A stretch of DNA of 63,994 nt, the filler included, from Octopus bimaculoides (taxonomy: Eukaryota), in assembly GCF_001194135.2 (NCBI RefSeq). It is 8 parts of 8 records of this genome, joined end to end, with 100 filler letters (N's around TTAATTAATTAA, not from the genome) between each part and the next. Parts side by side here need not be neighbours in the genome. Positions count along the whole stretch, not along the records: positions 32,622 to 52,752 come from NC_068981.1; positions 52,853 to 59,875 come from NC_069000.1; positions 59,976 to 62,837 come from NW_026396140.1; 5 more parts are not named here. The stretch is one strand, 5' to 3'. Below, piece by piece: positions 48,482-60,277 of this stretch. The notes under the pieces were generated by a model, which did no database searches, was not told the DNA's origin, and worked only from the letters and a program-made list of their open reading frames with translations. The translations under genes were made by a program, and so were the position numbers. Numbering within the stretch: position 1 is the first letter of the stretch; every line of letters starts with the position of its first letter.

Positions 48482-49340
48482 ACCGCCTGACTGGCCTTGT
48501 AGGGTTTTCGAGCGAGATCGTTGCCGGTGCCCCCGGACTGGCTCTTGTGCGGGTGGCACATAAAAGACACCATTTCGAGCGTGGCCGTTTTCGTGCGGGT
48601 GACACGTAAAAGCACCCACTACACTCTCTGAGTGGTTAGCGTTAGGAAGGGCATCCAGCTGNNNNNNNNNNTTTTCGTGCGGGTGACACGTAAAAGCACC
48701 CACTACACTCTCTGAGTGGTTAGCGTTAGGAAGGGCATCCAGCTGTAGAAACTCTGCCAAATTAGATTGGAGCCTGGTGTTGCCATCCGGTTTCACCAGT
48801 CCTCAGTCAAATCGTCCAGCCCATGCTAGCATGGAAGGCGGACGTTAAACGATGATGATGATGTATATATATATATCATGCTCATCATCATCATCGTTTA
48901 ACGTCTGCTTTCCATGCTAGCATGGGTTGGACGATTTGACTGAGGACTGGTGAAACCCGAAGGCTACACCAGGCTCCAATCTGATCTGGCAGAGTTTCTA
49001 CAGCTGGATGCCCTTCCTAATGCCAACCACTCCGAGAGTGTAGTAGGTGCTTTTATGTGCCACCGGTACGAAGGCCAGTCAGGCGGTACTGGCAACGGCC
49101 ACGCTCAAAATAGTGTATTTTATGTGCCACCCGCACAAGAGCCAGTCCAGGGGCACTGGCAACAATCTCGCTTGAAAGTCCTTACACATGCCATGGGCAC
49201 AAGTGCCAGAAAGGCGACGCTGAGCACAGGTGCCATCATGATTTCACTTTTGCTTGCCCCAACAGGTCTTCGCAAGCCGAGTTTCATGTCCAATGAAGGA
49301 GACGATGTTGGCATGGGTGCCAGTCGTCGAATTTAGTTCG
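48482..49340. mobile_element. Tail-to-tail inverted pair of RTE 3'-UTR copies (48482-48864 +, 48880-49340 -)
   Basis: ...gacgttaaacgatgatgatgatg-[TA-rich spacer]-catcatcatcatcgtttaacgtc...; the arms are reverse complements. Confidence 0.9.
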
Positions 49341-49646
49341 ATAATATGTAGTTAAATTAAATTAATTTTAATTAATTTAATCTCTACCATGCTTTCTTAC
49401 ATGTTAGGGTTACCATTTGAAACGATCAAACGCATGGATCAAAATCTTATAAAACTTTTAGCATCTTCTCTTCTCCATCTTTAATTGTCTGTTGAGTTTA
49501 TATAGGATCCGTGTTCTATAAATGCTCATAACACACCTTATACTTGTAATATATCTTAAATAAATACTTACAATATTAATATGAAGAATCTTTATTAGAA
49601 ATCTAACTTTGGACCCCACAAAGTAAAAATGTTCTAATTGAACTCA

Positions 49647-49697
<51 letters not shown>

Positions 49698-50159
49698 ATC
49701 ATCATCATCATATATATATATGAGGGAGGCTGAATATCATGACTCTATCTATGTAGTCATGATATTCATCCTCTCTCACCAATAAACTCTTGCACTCTCT
49801 GCTCACTCAAACTTCCAGTTCTGTTTCCATTCATTTACTTTGCTTCTTTCTAGCAACTACTGCTCACCCTTATATTATGTGGGATAGCTATATATCTTCT
49901 CTGTATCAAGACATTTGTACATGTTCCACTATCCTGTTTTAGTCCCTCAACACTTACCATAAAACCTAAAGAAAGCCTACAACTTTTTCTTTTGGTTTAG
50001 ATGTTGAGTATGATTTGAGGGAAACTTGGCTGCTATTCATAGCATGTCGAGTAATGACAGTGCAAGGTGGCTTATGTGACATGGGGCCAGCTTGGTCTAC
50101 TCCTGCCTCTTCCCTGTATAGATGTCCAGTTCCTCTAAAACAAATGGGAAGCCATCCAG

Positions 50160-50680
50160 TGCAGCAAGATCTTCGATGGGCTAGAGCACTGTCTTGACCA
50201 GCAGGTTTCTGCTTGACCTCCTACCTCCCAAGATGGTATTATGGCTCAATGCAGTGCCATCACTCTCGACTGTTTACGGATTGGGGTTTCCTTGACCATT
50301 GGCCTCCAGATCTGTTAGCCTCACAAATGTCGCTGTGGATTCTCTCAGCCTCCATCCATTGTCGTGCCATTATAATGCTGGCTGGCTGCCCTCCACACCA
50401 TGCTGCCCTCAATGAGATCATAAAGCATGGTCTATACGCTGCAGGGTTCGCTTCCCAGCTCGGGCCAGGGAGGCTGGACAGGTAGGTCCCCTCATCTGGG
50501 ATGCCACATGCTGCTCATCACGCCAAGAAGGGCAGCAGTTGGGAACACTGGTATTCTTGGTCTCTGGATTACATCCCTTTTCACTACTACCAGGGCTGCG
50601 ATGGCTATCTGCAAATGCAAGCCCTGTGTGTCGCCTTTTCCATTTGTTCGTCGAGATCATGAGGCGGACTAACAAGTCTT
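50160..50680 (+). mobile_element. CRE-like (RLE-type) non-LTR retrotransposon relic in intron 1
   Basis: LWLNAVP, LRIGVSL, HHAALNEIIKHGLYAAGFASQLGPGRLDR, LIWDAT remnants matching the zinc-knuckle/RLE region of CRE-type elements. Confidence 0.65.
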
Positions 50681-50860
50681 TTTTTTAGTATTAGCTGTAG
50701 TATTCCTTAAGAGCACACATCTTTTTACAACTATTTTGCATAGTTGAGGAGAGATGGGCGAATTAACAAGGTTTAGAGAAGAGGGGTGTTGGGAGGACAA
50801 AACAATATTTGAGACAAGAAATAGGATGTTTTATGTATAAAATACAGCAACAAAAGATTT

Positions 50861-50966
50861 ATTAATTGGCGGAGGTAAAGAGTACGTACACCACCCGTTT
50901 TCGACGTAACAAAAACCCTAAACCTAAACACCAGGTGTACGTATTCTTTACTTTCGTCTATTAATT
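50861..50966. repeat. Small hairpin/MITE (arms about 32 bp) with a telomere-like spacer
   Basis: gtaaagagtacgtacacc / ggtgtacgtattctttac; spacer contains aaccctaaacctaa. Confidence 0.7.
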
Positions 50967-51761
50967 ATCGGTTTAGTCAAGATAATATAGTTATATTAGT
51001 TAACGAGCAGCTGAGACGAAGGTAGGGTTACAAAATATTATGGATGTATTCAGTTTGTATCCATTATGATTGGTCAATAATTTTGTGTTTCGCCCTTGAT
51101 ATAAAAAGATCGCCGTTCTATTTTTGTTTCACTTCTCACTTTCTGTAATGCCGTCTTGTAAACAATAGTTGTCATAATTCAGCGGAAAACATTGCTTGTT
51201 TACGAAAGTAAAAGCGCTTAAGGTGAGATCAAATATTTATTGCGAAATAAAATGATTAATAAAAATCATTAGGGCACACATTAGACCTTCACAAGGCTGA
51301 AGGTGTTCCACCAAAATAAAGAATCCAACATAGAGGTCCTCTTCGGACGAGCATTGAAAGTTTCGGTTAATGTTTATGAAAATCACCCCCACCACCGCCC
51401 AAATACTGGAATGAGTTTCGGTTAATGGACCACATCGGAGGAGAAAAGTCCTGATTAAACTCAAAGGAAGAAGAACCAGGCAAGATATTCATTCGATGAC
51501 CTTAGCAGGTGTTTTTTTTTTAAATAATGGCCGAGGAAAAAATGGAGGGAAAATAATGTAATTAAGGTGATTGATTAAAGATAATTGCTTCATTAAATTA
51601 ATCGTTATCTATGAAAAGATGCAGTTAATTTTTTTTTAATATTTCTTATCTTTATTTTGTAGATACGGTAAAACAAATATTTCAAAATGATTAACAGAAA
51701 AATGAAATTTTTTAATAATCCTTCACTACACTCACTTGTAATGTGTGTGTGTGTGTGTGTA

Positions 51762-51900
51762 CAGTAATCCCTCGATTATCGCGGGTCCAAAACCCCCAAC
51801 GAAAGGTGAAAATCCGCGAATTAGAAACAGTACTGGACTGTATATTTTTAAAATTATTTTTATAATTTGTATATATGGGCGGAAGTCTTTCCTATATTTA
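51762..51900 (+). mobile_element. Tigger/pogo-like transposon end
   Basis: ta|CAGTAATCCCTCGATTATCGCGG terminus; partner TIR not found. Confidence 0.5.
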
Positions 51901-52369
51901 TTTTATTGTAAATGCAAAACGACACCACGGAAGAATCGGCGTAAGCTTAAATAACAAACCGATTGGCTAAGACCAACGCCTAATATCTTCTACAATTTAA
52001 TAAATATAACTTTGTTAATCTTATCAAAAAAAAAAGAAAAGAAAGATTTTATCTCTATTATTGTAATCTCCAGCTACGAAAACATTAAAATTTCGTGAGA
52101 AATGAATTTTTCAAGAGGAATAAAGTCACCAAACTGCAAAAGACAAGTTCACTCATCAATCAGTTAACGATACAAGCATTAATTGAATAGACACGTGCTT
52201 TTGCCCCTTTTTTGACAGGCTTTACTGTAATATCGGGACGTACAAAATAAGTTGCAATTTGCAATAATTCAGTGAAAAGGAGGAAGATATTTTATGTAGT
52301 CATTAGAAAAGTTGCCCAAGTTTTGTATAAAGTTTAGTATAAAAACGTGGAAAAGATAATGTAACAAAC

Positions 52370-52497
52370 CAGTCATCCAATTCAATTAGAATCTTCTTTT
52401 TTTCTTTGTTAAGTGTGTCTGCTTTGGCTTTGAGAATGTTTGAGTAATTAAGGAAACACTGTTGTAGGTGTTGGAGATCAATATTTAACGAAGCCAT
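52370..52497 (-). CDS. Amun: Exon 1 of Amun/CG2446/zgc:112496-like HhH-fold protein (MASLNIDLQHLQQCFLNYSNILKAKADTLNKEKKKILIELDD-W)
   Basis: ATG at 52497 in context gcggctgaaATGG; 128 nt ending TG|gtttgt (phase 2); completes the Trp codon with the first G of exon 2, giving the family-like ELDDWYQ segment. Confidence 0.88.
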
Positions 52498-52852
52498 TTC
52501 AGCCGCCAAAACAGCAACAATGAGCAGCGACCGACCTCTAAAAAGACACAAACCATGGACAAAACAAAAATATATACTGTGAGAAACTCTACCTATTTAC
52601 ATTAATATCAATATTATAATAAACAGGGAAAAAGGAAATTTACAAAAGCAATTCAAATATGTGTCACTTTATTTCTTTCTTTTTTTTGCTAAATAAAAAT
52701 CTTCCTCCTTTACAGATCACTAAATGAGTTTACTGGTGGTGACAAGGCACTGNNNNNNNNNNNNNNNNNNNNNNNNNNNNNNNNNNNNNNNNNNNNTTAA
52801 TTAATTAANNNNNNNNNNNNNNNNNNNNNNNNNNNNNNNNNNNNNNNNNNNN

Positions 52853-52883
<31 letters not shown>

Positions 52884-53929
52884 TATATATGTATATATAT
52901 ATATGTATATGCATGTGTGTGTATATATATAAATGCATGCATGCATACATGTATACATACATACATACATACATAAATACATACATACATACATACATAG
53001 GGTCTGTGTGCGTATGTGTATGTTTGTGTGAGTGTATTTGTCGAAGTGTGAAAGTGTAGCAACAAATTTGCAGACGACGAAGTCTCAGACACAAGTCTTT
53101 ATATTTTGATACTCTTAACGATCTTTTCCCCGTAGCGTAGCATAAAAGGAGATCGATATAGACTCATCTCGAATTAAAATTATTTTCTTTTTCTCATCTG
53201 ACAGTGCAGTAATGGTGTGATTGGTCTGTAATCACAAATACTATAAAACTGTCCATCTTTTACCCCAATCCTTACCCACCACGCACCAACTCTCACTTTC
53301 TCGCGCACAGATATTTGTGCGTATGTGTGCGCTTTTGCATATAACTATCCGTAAGTATATATGCATATGCATGCATATACATACGTATACATGAGTATAT
53401 ANNNNNNNNNNNNNNNNNNNNNNNNNNNNNNNNNNNNNNNNNNNNNNNNNNNNNNNNNNNNNNNNNNNNNNNNNNNNNNNNNNNNNNNNNNNNNNNNNNN
53501 NNNNNNNNNNNNNNNNNNNNNNNNNNNNNNNNNNNNNNNNNNNNNNNNNNNNNNNNNNNNNNNNNNNNNNNNNNNNNNNNNNNNNNNNNNNNNNNNNNNN
53601 NNNNNNNNNNNNNNNNNNNNNNNNNNNNNNNNNNNNNNNNNNNNNNNNNNNNNNNNNNNNNNNNNNNNNNNNNNNNNNNNNNNNNNNNNNNNNNNNNNNN
53701 NNNNNNNNNNNNNNNNNNNNNNNNNNNNNNNNNNNNNNNNNNNNNNNNNNNNNNNNNNNNNNNNNNNNNNNNNNNNNNNNNNNNNNNNNNNNNNNNNNNN
53801 NNNNNNNNNNNNNNNNNNNNNNNNNNNNNNNNNNNNNNNNNNNNNNNNNNNNNNNNNNNNNNNNNNNNNNNNNNNNNNNNNNNNNNNNNNNNNNNNNNNN
53901 NNNNNNNNNNNNNNNNNNNNNNNNNNNNN

Positions 53930-53978
<49 letters not shown>

Positions 53979-54713
53979 AATGTATAATCACCCCCACATA
54001 TAGATACGCAGTGATACTAAAGCAATTCCCATATGAATTATTTATTCACTATTACCATGACATAAAATATAATCAGAATAAAACAAAATGGCTTGAAAAA
54101 ACGCAACAAATGTGTTTATCTCGGCTTCCCCACCCCACTCTGAATAAAAAAAAGAGCACAAAAATGCAAATACCTACAGCATTATAAACGAGTATTAATA
54201 ATATGCAACAGATAACTTTATGAGATCAGTAAAACATTATTAGCTCCGGAACTACATTATCAATGACACAATGAGAGTCGTATTGCGGCTCTGAAGCACA
54301 TTGTAATCGAAATAATGCAGAGTTCGTATTTTGTCACTAGAGAGTTCCAATTTGTTGAGCCACCAATGAATAATATCTGCGTATATCTATTATGGATCGA
54401 AGGCAATGATAACATTTCAAGGCCAGGAAATGCTTTTGAATAGATAATCTCAGTTAATCGAATTTTTTCAACTCATTATATTACAGATATGAAAACCTTG
54501 TTGCATGTTTATTTGGCCTGCAGAGCTCTCCTCCTCTGAAATATTTTTGTTAAACCTTGTTGTTGATATTCATAACCAACCTAATTACTTTGCTGCTCTT
54601 TCATTATCTGTCTGGTTGTTTGTCTGAATCTGTATGTATGTATGTATGTACGTATGTATGTATAGAGAGAAAGAGATGGATACACACGCACACACACACA
54701 CATATATATATAT

Positions 54714-54778
54714 GGAATTAGCGCAGATGGTAGAACGCTGCATGCGAGAGGTACCAGGATCGATGCCCGGATTTTCCA
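54714..54778 (+). pseudogene. tRNA-Ala-like pseudogene
   Basis: ggaattagcgcagatggtagaacgc--tgcatgcgagaggtaccaggatcgatgcccggattttcca matches metazoan tRNA-Ala, including the Ala-type GGATCG T-loop; about 6 nt missing from the anticodon arm. Confidence 0.75.
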
Positions 54779-56377
54779 GTAGAGTTACTTTATCACCATA
54801 AGCTAGAGAGTCAGCAAAATGATCGATAGAATAAGTACCCTGCTTAAAAAAACGGGTTTAATTCATTCGATTGAACCCAAAATGCTTTTTGAACTTACTA
54901 TAAAACCTATGAACAGTTATAGAACTCACAATAAAACCTACGAACTGTTGCTGACACAAGCTTTATTCAACTGCTAGAAATTGCAGTTGTCTCGTTCAAA
55001 TAAACCCTACCATCTTGAAAAAAGGAAGGACTAATTGGACAAATTCCTCGGAAATGTAGAATGTCCGCGACTGTAGCTTTTTATCACAGGTTTGCTCGGT
55101 TAGATTTGGTTTGGAATTCGACTAAATGTAACAAAAGCAACTTCCATAATCTCATCTTTATGTATTCTTGACTTTGTGTTCCTCTTCGGCTCTGCCTCTT
55201 TCCGCCCTTTCTCTCGCTCTGTTATACATCTTTATCGCATTCGTTCTTGTGGCTGCTCTGAATTAACAATCATTTACTGAGCTTCAGAAGAATCACTCAC
55301 CTCTCCTTTCAGTATCTATACTATGTCTCATTTCGAAGTTCACAACATATTCTCCCTTTTTCATTTTTGTTTACTTGTTACAGTCATTAGACTGCGGTCA
55401 CGCTGAAACATTGGCTTGAAGAGTATTTTAGTCTAAGGAATCGACCCCAGCACTTATTTTTCAACTCTGGTACTTATTCTAACAGTCTATTTTGCCGAAC
55501 CGATAAATTACAGTGACGTAAACTCAGGGAAACCACTTTTTAAGCAGTACTGGGCGACAAACACAGACTTAAAGACATATATATATATGCATACATACAA
55601 ACATACATACATACATACATACATATATACATACATGTATACACACGTATGTATGTATATATATATATNNNNNNNNNNNNNNNNNNNNNNNNNNNNNNNN
55701 NNNNNNNNNNNNNNNNNNNNNNNNNNNNNNNNNNNNNNNNNNNNNNNNNNNNNNNNNNNNNNNNNNNNNNNNNNNNNNNNNNNNNNNNNNNNNNNNNNNN
55801 NNNNNNNNNNNNNNNNNNNNNNNNNNNNNNNNNNNNNNNNNNNNNNNNNNNNNNNNNNNNNNNNNNNNNNNNNNNNNNNNNNNNNNNNNNNNNNNNNNNN
55901 NNNNNNNNNNNNNNNNNNNNNNNNNNNNNNNNNNNNNNNNNNNNNNNNNNNNNNNNNNNNNNNNNNNNNNNNNNNNNNNNNNNNNNNNNNNNNNNNNNNN
56001 NNNNNNNNNNNNNNNNNNNNNNNNNNNNNNNNNNNNNNNNNNNNNNNNNNNNNNNNNNNNNNNNNNNNNNNNNNNNNNNNNNNNNNNNNNNNNNNNNNNN
56101 NNNNNNNNNNNNNNNNNNNNNNNNNNNNNNNNNNNNNNNNNNNNNNNNNNNNNNNNNNNNNNNNNNNNNNNNNNNNNNNNNNNNNNNNNNTATATATATA
56201 TATAAAGAATATGTAGGATTAAATTCACTGGTGATCAAAGTAATAGGCTGGAGTTAGGGATCTGTATTAGGCTACCGTGTTAACAGTTACCTTTTATATG
56301 AAAAGGACAACAAAAACCAATGCAGGATGAGTATCTCAAGTTATATAATAGTCTAATTAGAGTAAAGTGAATTTGAA

Positions 56378-56453
56378 GTCTTACAACTGTTTCTGGGGAA
56401 TCCCAAGTAATAGGCTAGCATGTCCGCATGCTAGGTATTCCGCCATCAGAGAC
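56378..56453 (-). ncRNA. Degenerate hammerhead-ribozyme-like motif within a Penelope-like repeat
   Basis: Minus strand gtct-CTGATGG-[long helix II including ctagcatg/catgctag]-GAAAC agtt GTA-agac; helix I gtct/agac; core A9 replaced by G. Confidence 0.5.
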
Positions 56454-57129
56454 AAGCTAAGTATGAAAGTTCTAGACAGGGAAATTCACAGATTATAAGG
56501 AATAAAATAGAAGAATAAAGATTAAAATTAGATAGAAGAATACAGGCAGGAGAATGAAGTTCACATTTCATACTTTTCCAGCGGGGATGGCAGTTGTTCC
56601 GTACTTCCGTGAAGGTGTAAGCACTTAGGTATAATCCCAGATAAATCCAGGCCGTATTTTGAATGATGCATTTATGTTGGAGTGGTTCGCTAGTATGTTA
56701 ATGATCCGCGTGGGTATATACTCTGCAGCACAGACTTCAACGTATCAGGTTGGGGCTCTCCATCATGGTAACGCGTGCTGAGAAAGGTGAGGCTATAATG
56801 CCAGTCCAGAAACCGGTCCACGTGAGTCCAAATACTTGAATGTGTGCTGAGAGATTGTCTTAGCCCGTTTGCCTTCGGACGGTTAATTTCTGCAGTTATT
56901 ATCTGTGTATTTTGGCGATTTAAATAAGAATTTTGTCTGTTATTTCCAACAGGTAGACATACTTAGTACGTCGTTTAAATCCTTTTAATCCTCCAGCTAT
57001 TTAATGCTTTTTTGGACCCGCAATCTCCTATATTATTGATTTTGTAATTACCATTTTTTAGTTGTTACACTAGACAATGATAGAATCAATATCTTCGCAA
57101 ATATTTTCTCCTGAATTATTTGCTCTGTA

Positions 57130-57160
<31 letters not shown>

Positions 57161-57654
57161 GCTGGGGTCGATCTAATCGACTGGTTCCTCCCCCAAAATT
57201 TCGGGTCCTGTGCCCAGAGTAGAAAAAATATATATTTGTGCACTGAGTTCAAATTTCGCCGAGGTCGACTTTGCCTTTCATCCTTTCCGGGTCTATAAAT
57301 TAAATACCAGTTGCATACTGAGGTCGATCCAATCGACTGGCCTCCTCCCACCAAAATTTCTTTCCTTGTGCCCAGAGTAGAAAAGAATATATATTTGTGC
57401 GCAAGGCGGCGAGCTGGTAGAAACGTTAGCACGCCGGGCCAAAGGCTTAGCAGTATTTCTTGTCTTAACGTTCTGAGTTCAAATTCCGTCGAGGTCAACT
57501 TTGCCTTTCATCCTTTCGGGTTCGATAATTTAAGTATCATTTGCGTATTGGGGGCGATCTAATCGACTACCCCCCCCCCCCCAAAAANNNNNNNNNNAAA
57601 AAAAAAAAAAATTCGGGCCTTTTACCTTGAGTAGAAAAGAATATATATCTGTGC
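57161..57654 (+). repeat. Head-to-tail array of three family-D SINE units (tail only, 5'-truncated, full)
   Basis: gtcgatc(t/c)aatcgact...agtagaaaa(g)aatatatat(t/c)tgtgc occurs three times. Confidence 0.85.
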
Positions 57655-58439
57655 ATGTCGATGAGCTTTAAAAAGCTCCTATAAGCCAAAGTATGAAAAA
57701 CACCAAACCGGCATGAACTCGCGAAATTTACAAAACAGGACAGCGAGATGTAACGTCAACAAAATATTTAACGTGGTTTCGAACACCTTCGGGTGGTGTC
57801 AAAAGATTAATTGTGCATAGTAACTATGTCGGAACAGTATCATGGATAAAATTTTACGGAAAAAGGACGGAATAAATATATAACACAGTGATGGAAACAT
57901 GTGAATATTCATTCGACAGAAGTGAAACAAAGAGGAATTTTATGTCCCATTTGAGTCGTACAATTACTTAAACCTGTAAGAGGAGACAGAATTTAATTTT
58001 GATTTTCGTCTAACAGAAAGTTGCAAAAGTGATTCAGAGGTGAAAAGTTTCGTACATGTCATTTATCAAAACTTACATCAGTATCATGTCCGAAACTCTT
58101 GCTCCCTGAATAACTTCTATCATTTAAATATAAAAACCTGTATATACGCATGTCCTGAGTAACGTTTCTTCTTTTTGCCCTATTGTGTATGTGTGTGTGC
58201 GTGCGTGTGTGTGTGTGTACACATATATGTTTAATGCAATAGAAGTAACATATTCGAATCACGAATATATCATGAAACTATTATTGTTAACGAAATAGTA
58301 GGTCGTAAACACCCTGAGGCTATTGTTAGCATCTTCAACATCTTCTGAGCAATGTTAACAGCAGGCTATTTTGTCTAAATGACTTTTGTGCATGTTTCAA
58401 ACTATAATCACACAAACACACTCACACGCACATATATAC

Positions 58440-58530
<91 letters not shown>

Positions 58531-58599
58531 TACAGACAGATAGACAGACAGACAGACATACAAACAAACAGACAGACAGACAGACAGATAGATAGATAA

Positions 58600-58631
<32 letters not shown>

Positions 58632-58839
58632 TACCTGACAATTATTAAACGGATATACTTTTGTATATATACTTTTATATAGCAAGTACACCGACAGAGT
58701 AATGCATGAACTACAATTTAGCACAACATCACTACCAGGCTATTTTCCAAAGTTGCACGTACCTAACACGCAACATGGCATAGAATGTAAAGACCTATAT
58801 AACAACGAAGCCGCAGTAAATATGGCTTCACTGCACGCT

Positions 58840-59100
58840 AACCACGGCAGCACACCAACAGCAATAACACTACCAACAACAACACCACACCAACAATAAC
58901 AACGTCATACCAACACCACACCAGCAACAATGTCATAGCAACAACAACGCCACACTAACAACAACGCCACACCAACAACACCGCCACACCAACAACGCCA
59001 CACCATCAACAACCCCACACCACCAAAAATGTTACACCACTAACCCCATACCACCAACAACGACGCCAAACCACCAACAACTCCACACCAACAACAAACA
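58840..59100. repeat. Degenerate CAA/CAC-rich minisatellite (unit like aacaacaacgccacacc)
   Basis: Direct reading. Confidence 0.8.
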
Positions 59101-60036
59101 GTTTGTGTCGAATTGTACTGATGCTAGCGTAACTCCTTGTTAACCTTCTCTCTCCTTCTTCCACTCTCACTCTCCCTCCCTCTCTCTGTCTCTGCGCCTC
59201 TCTCGATTAAATGATTAAGGTTATATAATATCAGAGATAGAGAGGTGTGAGGTGGGCAGTGGTACGTTCATTTTATTTTATGTTGGAAATATATCCGTGC
59301 AGGACGGTGATAGCAATTAGCATGATATACTAGCTTGTACTTGAAACAGCGTGGCAACTAAGTGTATCTAATTGAATTCAAACCTCCAGCTTGCTTACTT
59401 GCAAGAAACTGCTTCCCTTTTTGCGTGTAGCTCTTTGCCTTTGTGTAATATGAGTGTTTGTGCGTTTATGTGTATTGACTCGCATAATCATATATTTGTG
59501 TGTGTGTGTGCGCGCGGAAGTGCGCATCTACGTCCGTGCATATACGTATACATACGTGGCCGTATGTATCTCACGGAGTGAGTTTGAGTGGGTGGCTCTT
59601 GCTGGCTATTAAATCAGGCAGACAGTACATAGGACATAGTGCATCGCATCTTCATTTATCTAATAACGTTTAATCATCATTTGTTATGCTAGTCTGCTTG
59701 ATGAAATAGTCGTAGAATTTCTTGTTCTTTGTTGGTTGTTGGTTGTCTTACGCATAGAAGAGGTGTTGATATCGAAGCAATTTTGTTTGTGTGTATATGT
59801 TTTTGAACATCTTGTAGGTACGCATATATGCTGGCCTATAAACACGAACACGTACACACAGATATGCACATGCATNNNNNNNNNNNNNNNNNNNNNNNNN
59901 NNNNNNNNNNNNNNNNNNNTTAATTAATTAANNNNNNNNNNNNNNNNNNNNNNNNNNNNNNNNNNNNNNNNNNNNAATAGTTTCTTCTGTGATAAACTGA
60001 TATCCAATTTCAGCAATCTTTTATTGAGAATAAAAG

Positions 60037-60277
60037 TCTGATGGCTCTCAAAGAGAAAATATTTGAATCAATTCTAAGAACTTGAAGTCATAATATTCCC
60101 GTTGGGATAAAATTCAGATTTAGTTCACAATGAAGATTCATTATATAAATTATTAGATTTGTGAGACATTGTTGGGCAACTCAATAAACTTAATATGTCT
60201 GCACAAGGAGAAAACATTGAAATGTCTTATTTAAATAAAAGATTCAAGCGTTCATTTAAGAAAGCTGAAACACATGG
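60037..60277 (+). mobile_element. hAT (Charlie/Buster-like) transposase relic
   Basis: RWLSKRKYLNQF and DIVGQLNKLNMSAQGEN...KIQAFI remnants, with a frameshift. Confidence 0.65.

Noticed and set aside
48591-48742. Direct duplication either side of a gap of about 10 N (also 30233-30380 and 61695-61798)
   Set aside because: Typical unmerged contig overlap, i.e. an assembly artefact
57908-57973. Strong minus-strand acceptor (ctcctcttacag|) before a short frame
   Set aside because: All frames stop within 22 codons and no upstream exon was found
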